A DNA stretch of 64,000 nucleotides from Felis catus (lineage: Eukaryota). Below are positions 12,896-27,055 of the stretch, in pieces. The DNA lies in assembly GCF_018350175.1 (NCBI RefSeq), contig NC_058368.1, positions 165,356,001 through 165,420,000 of the forward strand, written 5' to 3'. The number at the start of each line of letters is the position of its first letter. Positions within the stretch are counted from its first letter, which is position 1. The notes under the pieces were generated by a model. That model did no database searches and was not told the origin of the DNA. It saw only the letters and a program-made list of their open reading frames with translations. Position numbers and translations under genes: made by a program.

Positions 12896-14174
12896 CTTCA
12901 TTATACAATACAGAAACCTGTGGACAGCATGGCAGAATGAAGAATATAGTTTCAGGTGTCACAATCTTTAATTTGACTCTGGGATCAGCCCTTCCCTTGG
13001 GGTAAGTTATTTAACCTTTCTAATTTGCCATGTCATAATTTTTGTAATATTTAGAACGTTGTTAGAATCATGATATAACCTAACGGTTCCAGTATCAATA
13101 AAATAATGATTTTCAACAAATTTAGCCTCTTCTCTACATTCATTTTTCTGCCCCCTATTATTTAAATACTGGTATTCACAGAGGATTCAAACTTTTCTTT
13201 AATTTTCATTGACACTCTTTCTGGGAAGTATCATACATTCTAGCATGGTTTATCCAATTAAGTAGACAACATCCAAACTTGACCACTCTTCCACCTTCAG
13301 ACTAACTACTTGGCATATATTCACCTATGGAAACGTTCAAATTGACAGAAACAAACAAACAAACAAACAAAAATCATTATCTTGCTTCAAGGCCCATTAC
13401 CTCTCAGGCCTTTTGTAGTCATTTGCTTTAATCCCTGCATTAAAGTAATTATTGGTTCTTCTTTTTTATCCTAACTTTCATAGTACAATAATGCTGTTGG
13501 ATTCTGTTTAAAAAAAAAAAATGAGTTCCATATCAAGACCCTGACTTGGTCTTTGACATCAGCTCTCGATTTGAGCTGCCTAGCACCAAATTAAATATGT
13601 ATGGATCATCTATTGTGTTGGGTTTTGAGGATACAGCACTGACCCAGCACCTGCTCTTGAGTCCACTGGTAATTGCAATATGGTAGAAAGGCTTGACAGT
13701 AATAATAAATAGAAAGTAGCACTTGGGGGTCTAAACTAGTCTTGTACTAAGAGAAGCCTTCCTGAATAAAGAAAACCTCAAGTAAAAGTTTACTTTTCTA
13801 CTCTAACCTTTGACTACTTATTACTTAACTTTTTTTTTTCTCTTCTCCTTACCAGGCTTTAAAAAATCTATGGCCTTTTCACAGATCACAGTATTTCCTG
13901 AAGTATTATTAATTCCTATCTCAACTCATATTCTTCCTTCAAGATCCATTTCAAAATTCTACTGCACCTTGAAAATTTACGTGTTGTGCTCTTTTTTTTA
14001 TTGGCTTAAATTATAGCTTTCACTCTGATATGCTCTTATTTATTTATTAAGATTTCTCTTCTAACACACTGAGGCAAAGGTCATGTAATTTCTAGATCTA
14101 CAGAGCTTGTCATGGTTTCTCTCACTCAATAGGTGATCAGGGATATTAATACCAATAATACACAATATTTACAA

Positions 14175-14390
14175 CTAAAAACTAATATATTATGGGCTTA
14201 TGTTGTGCCAGTTTAAGTGCTAAGGGTTTCGTATCCTGTTAAGCAAGTTATATTCCCATTCCGTAGTTAAAAGAACAGAGGACAATGGAAAAGTGAGAAA
14301 TTTGCCCAAGTTCACAGAAGAGATAAGGATCAGATGGGATGGAACCAGGGCACTTCTAACTCCTGATGACTGGCTCTGAACCATTATGTA
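14175..14390 (-). mobile_element. MIR
   Basis: MIR core (ttcccattcc...aacagagg...gtgagaaatttgcccaagttcacag). Confidence 0.6.
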
Positions 14391-14711
14391 TGCTAAATGA
14401 GCAACAAAAGTTGTTCAGGATCAAAATTGCTTACATAGAAGGGGCAATTCTAAGCCTACATGTCTGATTGACTCCTTTTCACTTTTAAACTACAGAAGGG
14501 AGGTCTTTGAGGTAGTCTCTTAAGGTCTTACCGCATCATTTTTCTTTGTGCATGCAGTATTTTTTCCTGGGTTAGTAGGAAATCAGTCAATCTACATTAT
14601 ACTGTAGATTGAATTTTAAGAGAGAATATGAACCTTTTGTGAAAAAAAAATTTACATTATAGCATTACCTTTGCACATCATTGAGATCCAGCGTAACAAA
14701 GTATTTCTTCT

Positions 14712-15230
14712 ATTCATTCACTTGTTAGTTCTATGAGCATATATTAAGTTTCCACTATGTGTCTGAAAGTATCCTAGTCTTTGGGGAGTTTACCATCTAA
14801 CAGGTTATTACACACAAGTCACTATCTACAATAGAGTCTTAGGAACCTATGATTTAGGTATACACGGGTATAATGACATTTTCAAAAACTATTATCTAAT
14901 TTAGCTGTGGAATAAGTAACCACAAAAACCTTCATGAAACATTAGACAGGCAAAGAAGAAGGAAGGGGAACAACAGAGAATTCAGAAGTATGGTAAATAA
15001 AGGAACAGTCATATCAAAGAACTGCCAGTGAATCATTGTAACTAGAGCACAGGGTAGATGTTGGACAGGAGTGAGGTGTAGGCTTGAGAGAGGGAGGTTG
15101 GGTAATAATGAATCTTTTTCTTTTTTTTTTTTTCTCTAAAGACCTTGATCAGCTGATGAAGGAATTAAATAGAATAGAGGCATAATTAAATTTGTATTTG
15201 AGATAGAATCATGGGGTAAAGAATGGAACA
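14712..15230 (-). mobile_element. L2 fragment
   Basis: attcattca...catatattaagtttccactatgtgtctg (antisense L2 3' end) followed by purine-rich L2-like sequence. Confidence 0.45.
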
Positions 15231-15384
15231 CATTTGAGAAAGCATTTTGGCTGCAATTACCATGTAAATGATGTTATTTGTTACCAAAAGAAGGATTATA
15301 AAAGAAGGAACAGGTTGGAGGTGTCTGTTAGCTATCTTGATTATTACGCATGCCCCGAACAGTCACCTATGGCACACTCTAAAG

Positions 15385-15775
15385 AAATGGTTGTCAAACT
15401 ATGGCCTAATGCCAAATAAGGACTGTTGCCTATTTTGTATGGACCATGAGCTAAGAATGGTTTTTACAGATGAGCATTTCCATTTAATTTGGTGATAGGA
15501 AACACTAATTGTAAAATCCAGTTTAACAGTATGTTGTCCTCCAAACCCTGAAAAACAAAGTTAAAAAAAACAACTCCCCCCAAAAACCACGAATCTAATT
15601 ATTAGTAGACAATGACTATAAAAATATACTCAATTGTTACTGTATTTTGAAAACCATCAAATTATGTAATTTTTTTTTATAAAAGTACCTATAATATATT
15701 CAATTTTGCCTCTTGGCTTGAAAATCCTAAAATATTTACTATCTGGCCCTTTACAGAAAAGTTTGCTGACACCTT
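15385..15775 (+). mobile_element. MER58-family hAT/Charlie non-autonomous transposon
   Basis: Decayed TIRs (tggttgtcaaact / agtttgctgacacc); diagnostic aaaatatttactatctggccctttacagaaaagtttgc; 8-bp flanks ctctaaag / ctctataa. Confidence 0.8.
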
Positions 15776-15794
15776 CTCTATAAAATAATTAAAA

Positions 15795-16259
15795 TATTTA
15801 ATTGAGGGATTAACAAAGTTATAGGCAAGATTAATAGGACTAACAGGAAAGGTAAAGCACTTGGGGATTATGAAGTAGAGAAAGTCATCATCATCTCATG
15901 GACCTAAAGGGCAATAGGAAGGAGACTTGATTGGCACTCAGTGGGAGATACAGTCTAGAAGTGAGGCTACTTCACAGAAGCCATGAACTTAATGAACTCA
16001 GATACTGGGAAACCTCTTTACAGCGGGGAAGAGTAAATCCTCTGACACATCTTGCAGAAATGATACTTTGATCTCTCTCTCTCTCTTTTTTTTTTCAGCC
16101 TCTCACAATGCTCCCATTGGTCTAACACATCAGAGAGTCAGGGGGCAAGGGAGCCCAGAGTGATATTGAATTCATTGAGGTAAGCTTCCTAGGTCACAGA
16201 GTAAGGTGGAAAAGAATGGGGCCTGGATTTGTAGGGGCAAGGAGACAACTGCCAGCACA
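15795..16259 (-). mobile_element. ERVL-type LTR fragment (LTR33/LTR41-like)
   Basis: Motifs ctcccattgg...cagagagtcagggggcaagggagcccag and terminal ggggcaa...ccagcaca. Confidence 0.55.
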
Positions 16260-16471
16260 AAATGTAAAACACTAATAGGTATTTGGACGTAAGTACATGG
16301 AATGCAGAAAGGAAAACTGGATAGAGCACACACATTTTAGAAGCCATAGGCACTTTGGTGGTTATTGAATTTATTGATATAAGGCTTCTTAGGAAGAGTA
16401 TTTCCAGTCAGAAGAGGATGTGGGCTGAAAACAAAACCATAAGTAACACAGGCATTTAATAAATAAAGAAT

Positions 16472-16539
16472 AATAGCTTGCAAAAAAGCGATAAAGAGGA
16501 AAAAAGAATAGCTTGCAAAAAAGCGATAAAGAGGAAAAA
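16472..16539 (+). repeat. Tandem duplication, 35-bp period, two copies
   Basis: aatagcttgcaaaaaagcgataaagaggaaaaa identical at 16472-16504 and 16507-16539. Confidence 0.95.
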
Positions 16540-16680
16540 TCTTAAAAGCTAAAAAGAACACCTCCTTAAAGTTATTATAAGAATTTAATAGCAACATATG
16601 ATTTAACTGATTGCTATATAAATGCTGTGGTTAAAAGAAGGAAGGAAAATAATGTATGAATTCAACTGCTTTGGCTGGAA

Positions 16681-16706
16681 TGTGTGTGTGTGTGTGTGTG
16701 TGTGTG
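16681..16706. repeat. (TG)n microsatellite
   Basis: Direct reading. Confidence 0.95.
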
Positions 16707-19700
16707 AATATAGGCTCTAATTTCAAAATAATTCTCAAATTCTACCATGTTTTGCCACCATCATGGTTACCACCCTGCAGGAATCAACAATTCTTACCTA
16801 AGCTAATGCCAAAACAGATTCTCAATATCCACATATATTCTAAAATCTATTTACTCATCACAAAAAAAGCTTGAATTAAATTTTAATATACATCACTTTA
16901 TTCTTCTGAAACCCATTTGAAACTCTCTAATCACATTTTAAAAGTAGCCCAAATTGTTATGGTTCTTCCTCAGAGAAGAATGCTTCTGAATTTTCAGTCT
17001 GAAGACCTCTTTCCATTTTATGTCCCTTACCCTTGTTTCATTCTTTTTAATGGACTTTACTACCACTTGAAACTGTATTATTTATTCATGTGTTTTCTTA
17101 TTTATTTTCTGCATTTCCATTGGAACGAAGGCTGGTTGAAGATAATACAGTTCTCTCCTTTATTCATGGCTCTATCTCCACTGCTTATGTATTGAGTGGA
17201 AGAATGAATTCCATCAGTGACAAGGGGCCTGATCAGAACACACATTATTCCTTTCAAATAAAAGTGCAATTACCCACATGGATTATTAGAAACATAGCTA
17301 TATGAATTTATTAGTAGGGTCTAAATACAAGGCAATAGGTAAGAAGAGGCTGAAGGTAAGAATAATGAAGGCATAATGAAACCATAAAGATTCTGTGTTT
17401 ATGTGTCTCTATCGGCAGAAGATGCATCTATTTATGCTGAGGTTCCCATTCTCTCATGGCTAGTTTTCTGGTATTTCCTTCCTGGTATGCTTCTAGTACA
17501 TGCAGACACAAATTTAAAGCAGTGTCACTTCTGATCACTGTGCCTTTTTACTGTCTTTGATAAAACTTTGCACCCTCTCATCCAGTCATTGGGTTTTGTA
17601 TCTAGTCCAAGTGTGGAACACAAGCCACTTCCTTAATTTCCTGAAGGCCCAGTAAAGGACAAGACTGTAGTCACTAATGAATTTCAGCTAATGCTGTGTT
17701 CAGGGTCCCCTAGAATTAACAATTTCTAATAACTGAACCTCCGGGCTTCTTGTTATATCCAGTTAGATAGCTCTATGACAGAAGGCCAATAGAAATTTCT
17801 ACGTAATTACTTTTAGAGACCAAACTTCCAAATTATTTGGACCTCAAAAGCAAGAGCATCCTCTCTTTTTTCAGATAAGTGTTTACATTCTATAGCAGAG
17901 ATACCTCAAAGTTTCCTCAGGAAGAAACTCTTGTTCTCCTGAGAAAATACCTCATACCCATTAAGTCGTTGACTTCCAAAGACCAGGGCAAAATAATCAG
18001 AGTAATTGATAGTGCCATTTCCCAAAGTCTATACTTTTAATATTTTAAATAAAATAATTTACATCAATTAGATTTTAAATAATATCTGGCCTAATTCATA
18101 GTGATGAAAAATGCATTTCTGACTCTTCAAGGGCACAGACTGGCTAAAGACAAACTTAAAATATGTTTCTCAAAAAAGCACATTAATATCTCTCAGTCTT
18201 CTGCTTCTGAATTCAGATTTATAGTGACATCTCACTTTTCTCCAAGAATAATAGGTAGGCACTTGCTTTAAATTAGTCTAAAAAAAGGCCCACCATGGTC
18301 ATTTTTTCCAAAACCTAGGAATTCTCTTCCAGAAGTAATTTATTCTCTACCTCTAGACGCTGAAACTGCCAACAATTCATAAATGCCATTTCCCTCAATT
18401 TGAACATACAAAGAAGTTAATAAATCAATACATTTCTCACCAGCCACCTAGTTATACATATATCATATAGAATCACTTCCTACTGCTTAACAATCTTGCA
18501 GGTTCTCCTTTGCCTACTAAAATTTCAAGTCCTTAGCTTATTTCACAAGGCATTTATAACATTTTTGCAACCAACCTTTCCTTTTATATCTCCTGCTACC
18601 ACCTTACCATTCTAGTCACCACTTTGCCAAGTATTTCTTAAGTGCGGTGTATGAAGCATGCCATGATGTTTGGGGACTGAGGATCGAGATAACGTAAACC
18701 CCATCCATGCCTTCAAAAAGCATGAGGTCTAATAAGTCATATGCTAGAGCAGAGGTAAACGTGAAAGTTTTTGAAAATTGAAAAACACTGTGATTAAAAA
18801 AATTAATAGGGGAATGAAACTAGTTTCCGACTTTCGGGGAAATCTCATTGTAGAAATTTCCTTATCATGAGAATTAAAGAATGAGTAAAATTTTCCCATA
18901 CTCAGTGCTTAGGGACTAAGAGGAAACAGTTCAAAGGGAGAAGGAATTTTTTATGCTGTTACTTTTTCTGGCCTTCTTACCTTTGTAATTAGTTCTCTCT
19001 CACATGTCTTTGTGACTTTTTATAAAATGCAACCCCACTTTAAAAGCCTTCCCCAAATCCCAGCCCATCCCCCTTGGTGATAATTTCTTAAGGGTTGAGA
19101 CTCTTACATGATGCATTAACCTCTCCAACATTCTTCCAGGTCTTGGTAGATCCCAGTAGGTGATAATAATATCAGTTAAATCAACGAGACATTTTCAGCC
19201 TCAAGAGATTTAGTTACCTGCCTAGGTCAAAGAGCAAGTTACTGCAAAGCCAGGATGAAACATACACAAGTCTTCTAATTTGCAATCCTGTGTTTTTTAA
19301 TCAAATGTCATAGGCTATTTGTTTTGATACTATTGCCCTCATTTGCAGAGCTTTTCATTCTGGAGGAGACATTTTTTTTTTTAAATGGAAATGGAACAAG
19401 GAGTGTCCATTAAGAAGGTGAGTTCATCTGAAGTCATCTTGAGGTAAGAAAACACTCAAGTGAAATGCTTACTTTCTTCATTTTTGCATCTTTATTACAG
19501 GCAGTAAAGCTTTCTACATACTTCAGTAGGTCTTTGGGAAAAGTACTTAGATTGGCTTCCTCAGTTTCATTCCATTCTCCTTCCATTCAGTAACAAGAGA
19601 ATTAATGTTAATTTGTAGCTAGGATACTACATGTAAATTAAGATTGGCCAATTAGTTGTACTTGTGTGAAAATCAGATGACGACATGGCTGATAGTATCT

Positions 19701-20870
19701 TTCAGATGCTATAGGAAGATAGAAATGCTCTGGGAGAAGTGAGTGATGGCCAGAAATGGCCTGTACATCATACTGCCCAGCTTCTTGAGTGTGGCACATT
19801 CAACCCTGACCTTTGGGTAGTAGTGGTGGTGGTGATATCTAAAAGTCAGAGGCCTAATGGCAGTGCCAACTTGTAGGCCTCTGTCCCTTCCAAACACAAG
19901 TCCCTAGATTCAATCATTTTCTGCTAAAAGTTCCTTGGAATTTTTTGGTTTTGTTTTTGTTTTCTAAGCAGTCCAGACTGATATAGAGTGTTCAATAACA
20001 TTTGCCAGCGGATACACCTTTCAGAGATCTTAAATGATCTTTGTATCTTATTTCCTTGTATATTGCCCACAGTTCCATGGCTCTATGTTAAAACAGATAA
20101 GATGACACAGAGATTGTTGGATATTCCCCAAGGGCTAACACCAGGGAGTAAACTAAATCTGAACATCTTTAATGATTAAGAGGACTTCTGTGGATTTAAG
20201 AGTAATCTTCAAATGCATAAATAACAGTGATTAATCAAAATCCTTTCATAATTTCCCTAACTGCTTCTAATTTGTTAAGCTCTTCACATACTTTAGTACT
20301 TTAGAATTTTAAATATGATTCACAATTATTATGCACTTTTTTGACCTCTAAACATAATACTTAAATGACATTGACTGTCATCAGAAAATAGTCTCCTACT
20401 GCTTTCTAAATGCTGAGTCAAAGGTAGGGAAGTTATGAAAAATAAATGAGGTAAAGCCGAGATGTTTACTCTCAAAGCAGGAGGCACTAATCTTGTAACA
20501 ATGCTCTGTTCCACTAGCATTGTTATTGCTGCCACATGGAGTGATTGATGGGGATTTAATCATTTTATCTAATAGCTCTGGGTATTAGAAAATGATATAT
20601 GCTACACTACAGTTTTTAGAACATTCCAAAGTTTTCCAAAAGTAAGAAATCAGGTATAGTGCTGCATTTTTTTTCTTAACTTTCCCACACCTAAAATAAT
20701 GTTAAGGGTTCTCTGATATTAATTATATAGAATTTGAAATTATGTACCTTTATTACAGAGGACAAAAAAAGTAATTGAGTCCATGTTAGATTATTCCATC
20801 TAACATATGAAATCAACACACTCCTAACTACATGTTTTAAATGATGTGCATTTGAAATAGCAAGATTTCA

Positions 20871-21083
20871 GGGACACCTTGGTGGCTCAGTCAGTTATGT
20901 GTCTGACTTCCGCTCAGGTCATGATCTCGCAGTCCATGATTTAGAGCCCCGCATCGGACTCTGTGCTGACAGCTCAGAGCCTGAAGCCTGCTTTAGATTC
21001 TGTGTCTACCTCTCTCTACCCCTCGCCTGCTCACTCTCTCTCTAAAATTAATAAACTTAAAAAAATAAACTAAACGAAAATAA
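20871..21083 (+). mobile_element. SINEC
   Basis: SINEC head and tail; TSD core caagatttca on both sides. Confidence 0.95.
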
Positions 21084-21269
21084 AATAAACAAGATTTCAC
21101 TCATATGACATTACATGGTTTAATATAAACTCCTGTAAACAATGGCAACATTTAAATGGTACTGGCCATATTCATTTTTACTTTAAGAACCATATTTTAT
21201 TATAGACATTTCTTTATAACACTAGGTTGTTAACTTATTTTTGGTCTGCTTAATAAACAAGCAAATAAT

Positions 21270-21745
21270 AACATACCTAATGCAATAGGCAAGAGAGATT
21301 GAACTCAACTCTGCTGAAGGTGGGAGATATTTTCAAAGCTGTGGTGAGCTAGTGGAAAGTAGGCCATTGTAAGAAGGCTGGTCAATGTGACTAGCATATA
21401 TGCATTTGCTAACTGGCCTCTATTGAATTAGGGTCTTACCCTCCCACAGAGACCAGGAGATGGAGGCTCTATCTTTCTCAATGACCTTATTTCAAAGGGC
21501 TGGAGACTGGGCTCTTTAAGGAAGGTCTTTAAGGAAGGTCTTTAAGGTCTTTAAGGAAGACATTCTAGTGTGTAAAACTGGCAAGGACTGCGAGATTTAC
21601 ATCTCAAAGGGACAGAAAGAATCTACAACTGCAAGTTCTCTAAAGTAAATGGTGTAATAAAAGGAAGGCCAGGGGCTTAGAGTCAGGAAGAAAACTAAAA
21701 TTTAGTCCAGTTAGGGGAATGCTAATACCAGAACATCTTGTCCAC
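21270..21745 (-). mobile_element. Degraded ERV1-class LTR (MER34/MER39-like)
   Basis: Resembles remembered LTR sequence (gagattgaactcaactctgctga; gagatttacatctcaaagggacaga). Contains tandem tctttaaggaagg copies at 21513-21559. Family uncertain. Confidence 0.55.
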
Positions 21746-22931
21746 TAATCATGTGCAAATATAGCAATTGACTGGAAAATTATTATGTGATTACCAAGCT
21801 GTGGAAAATGCCTATTAAAGAAAATAGGGTTTTTAGAATTTTTATTTTGAATATTTATATTTTTAAAAAGCAAAAAGACAACACTGATTGTACCAAACCT
21901 GAGCTATCACCAGTTCACTGGCAGTTTTCTTTTAGGGTAACAATGTCACTTTTAAGTCACTTTCTTCTTTATTTATCATAATTTATTTTTTACCCTAAGG
22001 TATGCTGATCTGACAAATTAAGAATTTAAAGGCACATAGTAAGTATCTTTAAATTGTTTCTCACCTTCTGAAAACCAGAAATTTACCTAAATTCATCAAG
22101 GGATTTCATATTTTGACACCAATGTAGGAAATGTATATTCCACGTATTTATCTTTGCCAGGTGTGTTTGATTTGTTCTGAAACTGTGTTTTCATTTTAAT
22201 AAATTACACTCTTTTCCAGTATTCTGGTTATTTTCTGATGGTACGAGTCTTTGCCTTATCAGTCCATCTTAAACTATATGCTCACTTAATTATCTCTCCT
22301 ATATTTGTGATCTTAATCATATGAGATTTTGACATTTAAAATTGTAACTGTATCTGCATCACTTTTGTTTCTTTTGTATATTTTCTCTAGTTCCATTAAT
22401 ACCCTGTTATAATCTTTCAGCTCTACATTTTGAGGCATTTTTAACAAATGGGCTTGTGGTGTAAGCTTTCCCAGCTTCACAATTAAAGAATTACATGATT
22501 ATTCTATTAATTTAACTTGGACAGAATCTATGATTTATGTCTGATACTTCAATTAAAGTACTTATTTTTATTTCTAAAATTTTTGAGACAATTTTAATAC
22601 TGTTGAGAATACTACATGAACACATTTTTCTGAGTACTCAGTAATAGCCAGGTGCCACAATAAGCAATTTACATGCATTACCTCATTCAATTTCTCAGAA
22701 CTGGAGTATTATATTATTAGCTAATAGTGTCGTGATACCATTTCCACTTATTATTAGAGTCTGTGGTATTGATCCCCATAGTTTGGAATGCAAAAATAAA
22801 ATCACATTTGAGGCTTGCTAAAACACAAGTTTCTAAATGCAACAAGTAAGATTTAACTCCTATCTCTGGAACTTAAATGTATGCATCTTTTACTTGACCC
22901 CAGGTGATTCTGAAGCAGAAGAAATTCGAAT

Positions 22932-23647
22932 TGATGAGGGAGCATAAGGCAAGCTGAGGGCAAAGTACAAACTAGCACACCTCTCTCCCCCAAGATTGGA
23001 TAGGTGTGATATTCCTCAGGGACTCCTGGCTGCCCAAGAACAAAGGAAAGAAAACAAATGGTTAACTGATAGAGATCACACTCATATAGGACACAAGACA
23101 TGGGCCTCCATCAATTTACAAATATCTTAGTAAGTTACAAGAAAAAGGCAATCTTATCAATAGCCTAATCTCCAGAAACCTATAGACTCAGTTTCCTGGA
23201 GCCCCAATATCACTCCTCCATGGTGATATTAGGAACAAAGGCAAGAAGGAAATGGCAGGTAAAATTAAATTTCCTTTTAACCTGCAGCCTATTGACAAAT
23301 ACTTGAGGCAAATACAGAGTATAACATTTCTCCAGGAACTGCCTACTGTCTTAATGTTAATGTTTTGCTAGAGGGAAAAACAACCTTAGCTTCACAATAA
23401 CTAGGCCTCCAGGATCCTGTGAGTCTTCTTTAGCATATTAAAACATCTTTGGAAACTTGCCCTTGACTTTACCTCCCCAACTCCATAGTATATAACCAGT
23501 CACTCTTCATAACCCCAGTGCAGCTTCTTCTGTCCATGGTCCTGTCCCTGTGCTTTAATAAAATCATGTTTTTGCACCAAAGATGTCTTCAAGAATTCTT
23601 TTTTGGATGTCAGCTCTGAACACCCCCATTACCCCAAAACCTCATCA
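22932..23647 (+). mobile_element. Solo LTR of an endogenous retrovirus (ERV1-like), 716 bp
   Basis: TG...CA termini with perfect 8-bp inverted repeat tgatgagg / cctcatca; 4-bp flanks gaat / taat; TATA-like tataa at 23491; AATAAA at 23557-23562. Confidence 0.85.
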
Positions 23648-24118
23648 TAATCAGCTCCTAAGGAAAATAGTTCTAGGAAATAATTTTAAGATAATTTTAA
23701 GATAAATTAGTTGATCAGTTCTCTAAAGGATTTACATCAAGTATAAGTAATAGCATAGATGTAATGTCATAGTCTTATATTATTTGTCACTATTCTCTGT
23801 GGTACTTATGCTCATTAATGTTACAAATACTTTGATAAAAATATTTTTAATTTCTTTCAAATTAAGCATACTTGAAAGAAAATGTAGACATGACTTTTAT
23901 TCTCTCCTAGTCTTTTCATCCTGAGATTATTTGGTACTAAATATTACATTGTCAAATTTCACCTTTTATCAGTCAAAATCAAGACATTCGCCTTTAAAAA
24001 TGAATTTACTATGTAATTTCTTCAAGTATAACCTGGAAAAACCTCATTGGATTGATTTTACATTATTTGAGATTCTCATGTGTTTATCTTAAATGATTTA
24101 AAACTGGTGTGGTGGTGA

Positions 24119-24121
<3 letters not shown>

Positions 24122-24160
<39 letters not shown>
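24122..24160. repeat. (TG)n microsatellite
   Basis: Direct reading. Confidence 0.95.
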
Positions 24161-24162
<2 letters not shown>

Positions 24163-26169
24163 GAATAAAGTCTTAATTTCAGCAACAGAAATGAACGCTG
24201 TTCACTTACTCAATTCAGTTGTTTCCATATTCCTTCTAAGTAAACTTAATATACCTGCACTGAATATCTTTAAAATTCGTATATTTGGTTCCAATTTTTC
24301 TTACTTTTTCAATTAGAAAGAAATAGTTATGTAAGAGGTATACAAGCTATTCTTTTCCATACTGGGTATTTCCCTCTGGGAAAGAAAGAAGATGACATAA
24401 CATATTCACAAATCTGTACAAGATGATAGGTCTACTGGCAAACACATTAATGGTATTTTCTAGTAGTAGAAATTTTTTTATGAAATGCTTTTAGAGGGAT
24501 GCACCTAGTCTATGATTGCTTATGGTAGCCTGTAATGTATAGATTTATGGAACATGGCTCTCCAGAAAATGTCATAAAAGCTATGCAACTATATGCTTAT
24601 AAAATGCAGATGTTGCATGATCAAAATATCTCTTTCCTCTTAAGTAATTTAGATGCATGCATTAGTTAGAAAACACACATATAAATCTTGGCCAGCATAC
24701 ATTTGGATGTACCAAAGAAGGACCTACATAGCTATGGTTGGTAGTCTTTGCTTTCTTTCTGCTTCACTAATGACTTGTAATTTCTTGTATTCTTGATATG
24801 GAAGATCACTGATTTGTATGAATCTGATTTGAAAATTTAATAATTTGTGTTTTCTCATTCATCATACATGATTTCTACACCAAATGGGCATAGTTTCCAA
24901 ATGATCTTGATAACACATTATTAATCAGAATGATAGTTTATTATATGAAGGTAGAGAAATTTATCAGGTTAAATATATATATATATTTATTTCTATTTAT
25001 CAATATTTATATTTATACCTATATATTTTGTCTCTCCAAATGTTTTTATGTATATGTGTGTGTGTGAGTGTTTGTATGCATAGTTACAAAGATACATGTT
25101 TATGTATATATAATATATACTTATATTTTATATTATGAACGTGTATGTTTCATTATGGACAATAAAATATAATAAGTAGATTGTTTGAGGATGTGCATTT
25201 AAACAGATATAATTAAGGGAAATTTTGAAGATTTTAGATATTTGCAACCTAAAATTAAAGTGTTGGCAAGGACAGTTTTGGAATCAGACTAAGTCTCAAC
25301 CTTTCTTGCTAATGGAATGAACTAAACCACATGCAAGGAGGTAATTGGGGCAAATAGTGCTTCAACTTGAAAAGGGATTGGGGTGGAGATATTTCATTAG
25401 AGATTAAGGAATAAGATTACATTGGGATGGGCATTAAAATTAAGGACATGTGCTTATCTTGCATAATTGGCAGTATCTTGTGTGCTTCAAATGCCTGTCA
25501 GCATCCTGGGGTTCTACAACCAGCAGTGACAAACAAGTGGTCATCAATCCTCATTCATTTTCTTAACTATCCTACTTCCTGCCTTTAACACATAAAAGGG
25601 AACTTGAACATGGTAAATTCAGAGCCCAGTGTTTTGATATCTACTCTTTTGATGTATTCTTTTTAATTAACATAAACTGTTGATAATTTTAATGATTTCT
25701 TCCTTAATTCCTATCCACCCTCTTTCCTGAAAAGGATTGGTAAGACTAGGAGACAAATAATGGCACAAATTCATTTAATTTTTTTACCTTAGTAAATGGA
25801 GTTAATAAACTTTGATAAACTTGGACATATGTAGAAAATAGCATCTCATAAGAGAAGTGCTGTTATGAATTCAACCTAGAATAAATTAACAAGCTAAAAA
25901 TTTTTAAATAGCCATATAACGGAGGTATAAATTTTCTTCAAGTATTGTGTGATCATAAGAAATTTTATTAATCACAGAAGAGTGATACTACTTTAAAATG
26001 TGTGATTCCCCAAAATTTGTCTAATCTTTTAAGAGCTATTACTCCATAGAAAAGTTAAATTAAAAAAAATTTATATGAAAAGTTTTTATATAAAAGCATG
26101 TTACACAAAACATCACTCAGGATTGTTATTAGTGATCATGAACTGTTTGGTTTTGGTCCATGATGACTT

Positions 26170-26240
26170 TTTTTTTCTTTTATGAGAGACAGGGGGCACA
26201 AGTGAGACAGGGGCAGAGAGAGAGAGAGAGTCCCAGGAAG

Positions 26241-26279
<39 letters not shown>

Positions 26280-26418
26280 AGGGCTCACTTGAAGCAGGGT
26301 TCATGTTCACCTGAGGTTGGGCTCATGCTCACCCAGTGTGGTCTCAAACTCATCAACCATGAGATCATGAACTGAGTCGAGGTCAGACGCTTAACAGACT
26401 AAACCACTCAGGTGCCCA
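26170..26418 (-). mobile_element. SINEC variant with internally repeated B-box segment
   Basis: TSD gtccatgatgactt at 26156-26169 and 26421-26434; SINEC head plus repeated gg(g)ctca-type units. Confidence 0.9.
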
Positions 26419-26970
26419 TAGTCCATGATGACTTAAGTGCAGAAATGGAAATTAATTATTCAGAATCTTGTACGCAATTTACATCTGTGCGACAGCCTAG
26501 CATGGGATCAGTGGGCTTGTCTTATTGAATCAGCTATAGTATAGACCAGTTAGTGTGCTATCAAAGTCATAGGTTGTAGAAGGATGCTTTAAGGTTAGTT
26601 TGACAAATGTAAAAAAAAAAAAAAGGACATAGAAAAAAACAATAAATTATCGCAATTATTTCACAGATAATTTAAATTTAACTATGAGGTTAGTAACTGA
26701 TGAAGGATTGAAGATGGACTATGAAGTGTAACAACAATGAATACTTCTTGAATACAATTTAAGTGAACATTCTGTTTTTCCTTAAATTATATTAAAAATC
26801 TCCTTCCAGTTCCCAACAGATTGGAAATGAAAACATATAATACATGTAAATTGGTTATGGAACACATAATAAGAAGCTCTGAGCTACAGCAGTTTGTGGT
26901 CCCCTGAATCAGGGCAGCAAAAGATCTCTTGAGGTTAGCTTGGATCCATTGCACAAGAAAGCACTGGGAC

Positions 26971-27055
26971 TTTTCTTTTTCTCTTTTTCTCTTTTTCTCT
27001 TTTTTCCTTCCTTCCTTCCTTCCTTCCTTCCTTCCTTCCTTCCTTCCTTCCTTCC
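26971..27055. repeat. Polypyrimidine tract with (TTCC)n tetranucleotide microsatellite
   Basis: Direct reading. Confidence 0.95.

Noticed and set aside
21513..21559. tctttaaggaagg repeats as a CRISPR-like array
   Set aside because: Directly abutting tandem copies without unique spacers, in mammalian LTR context; ordinary slippage.
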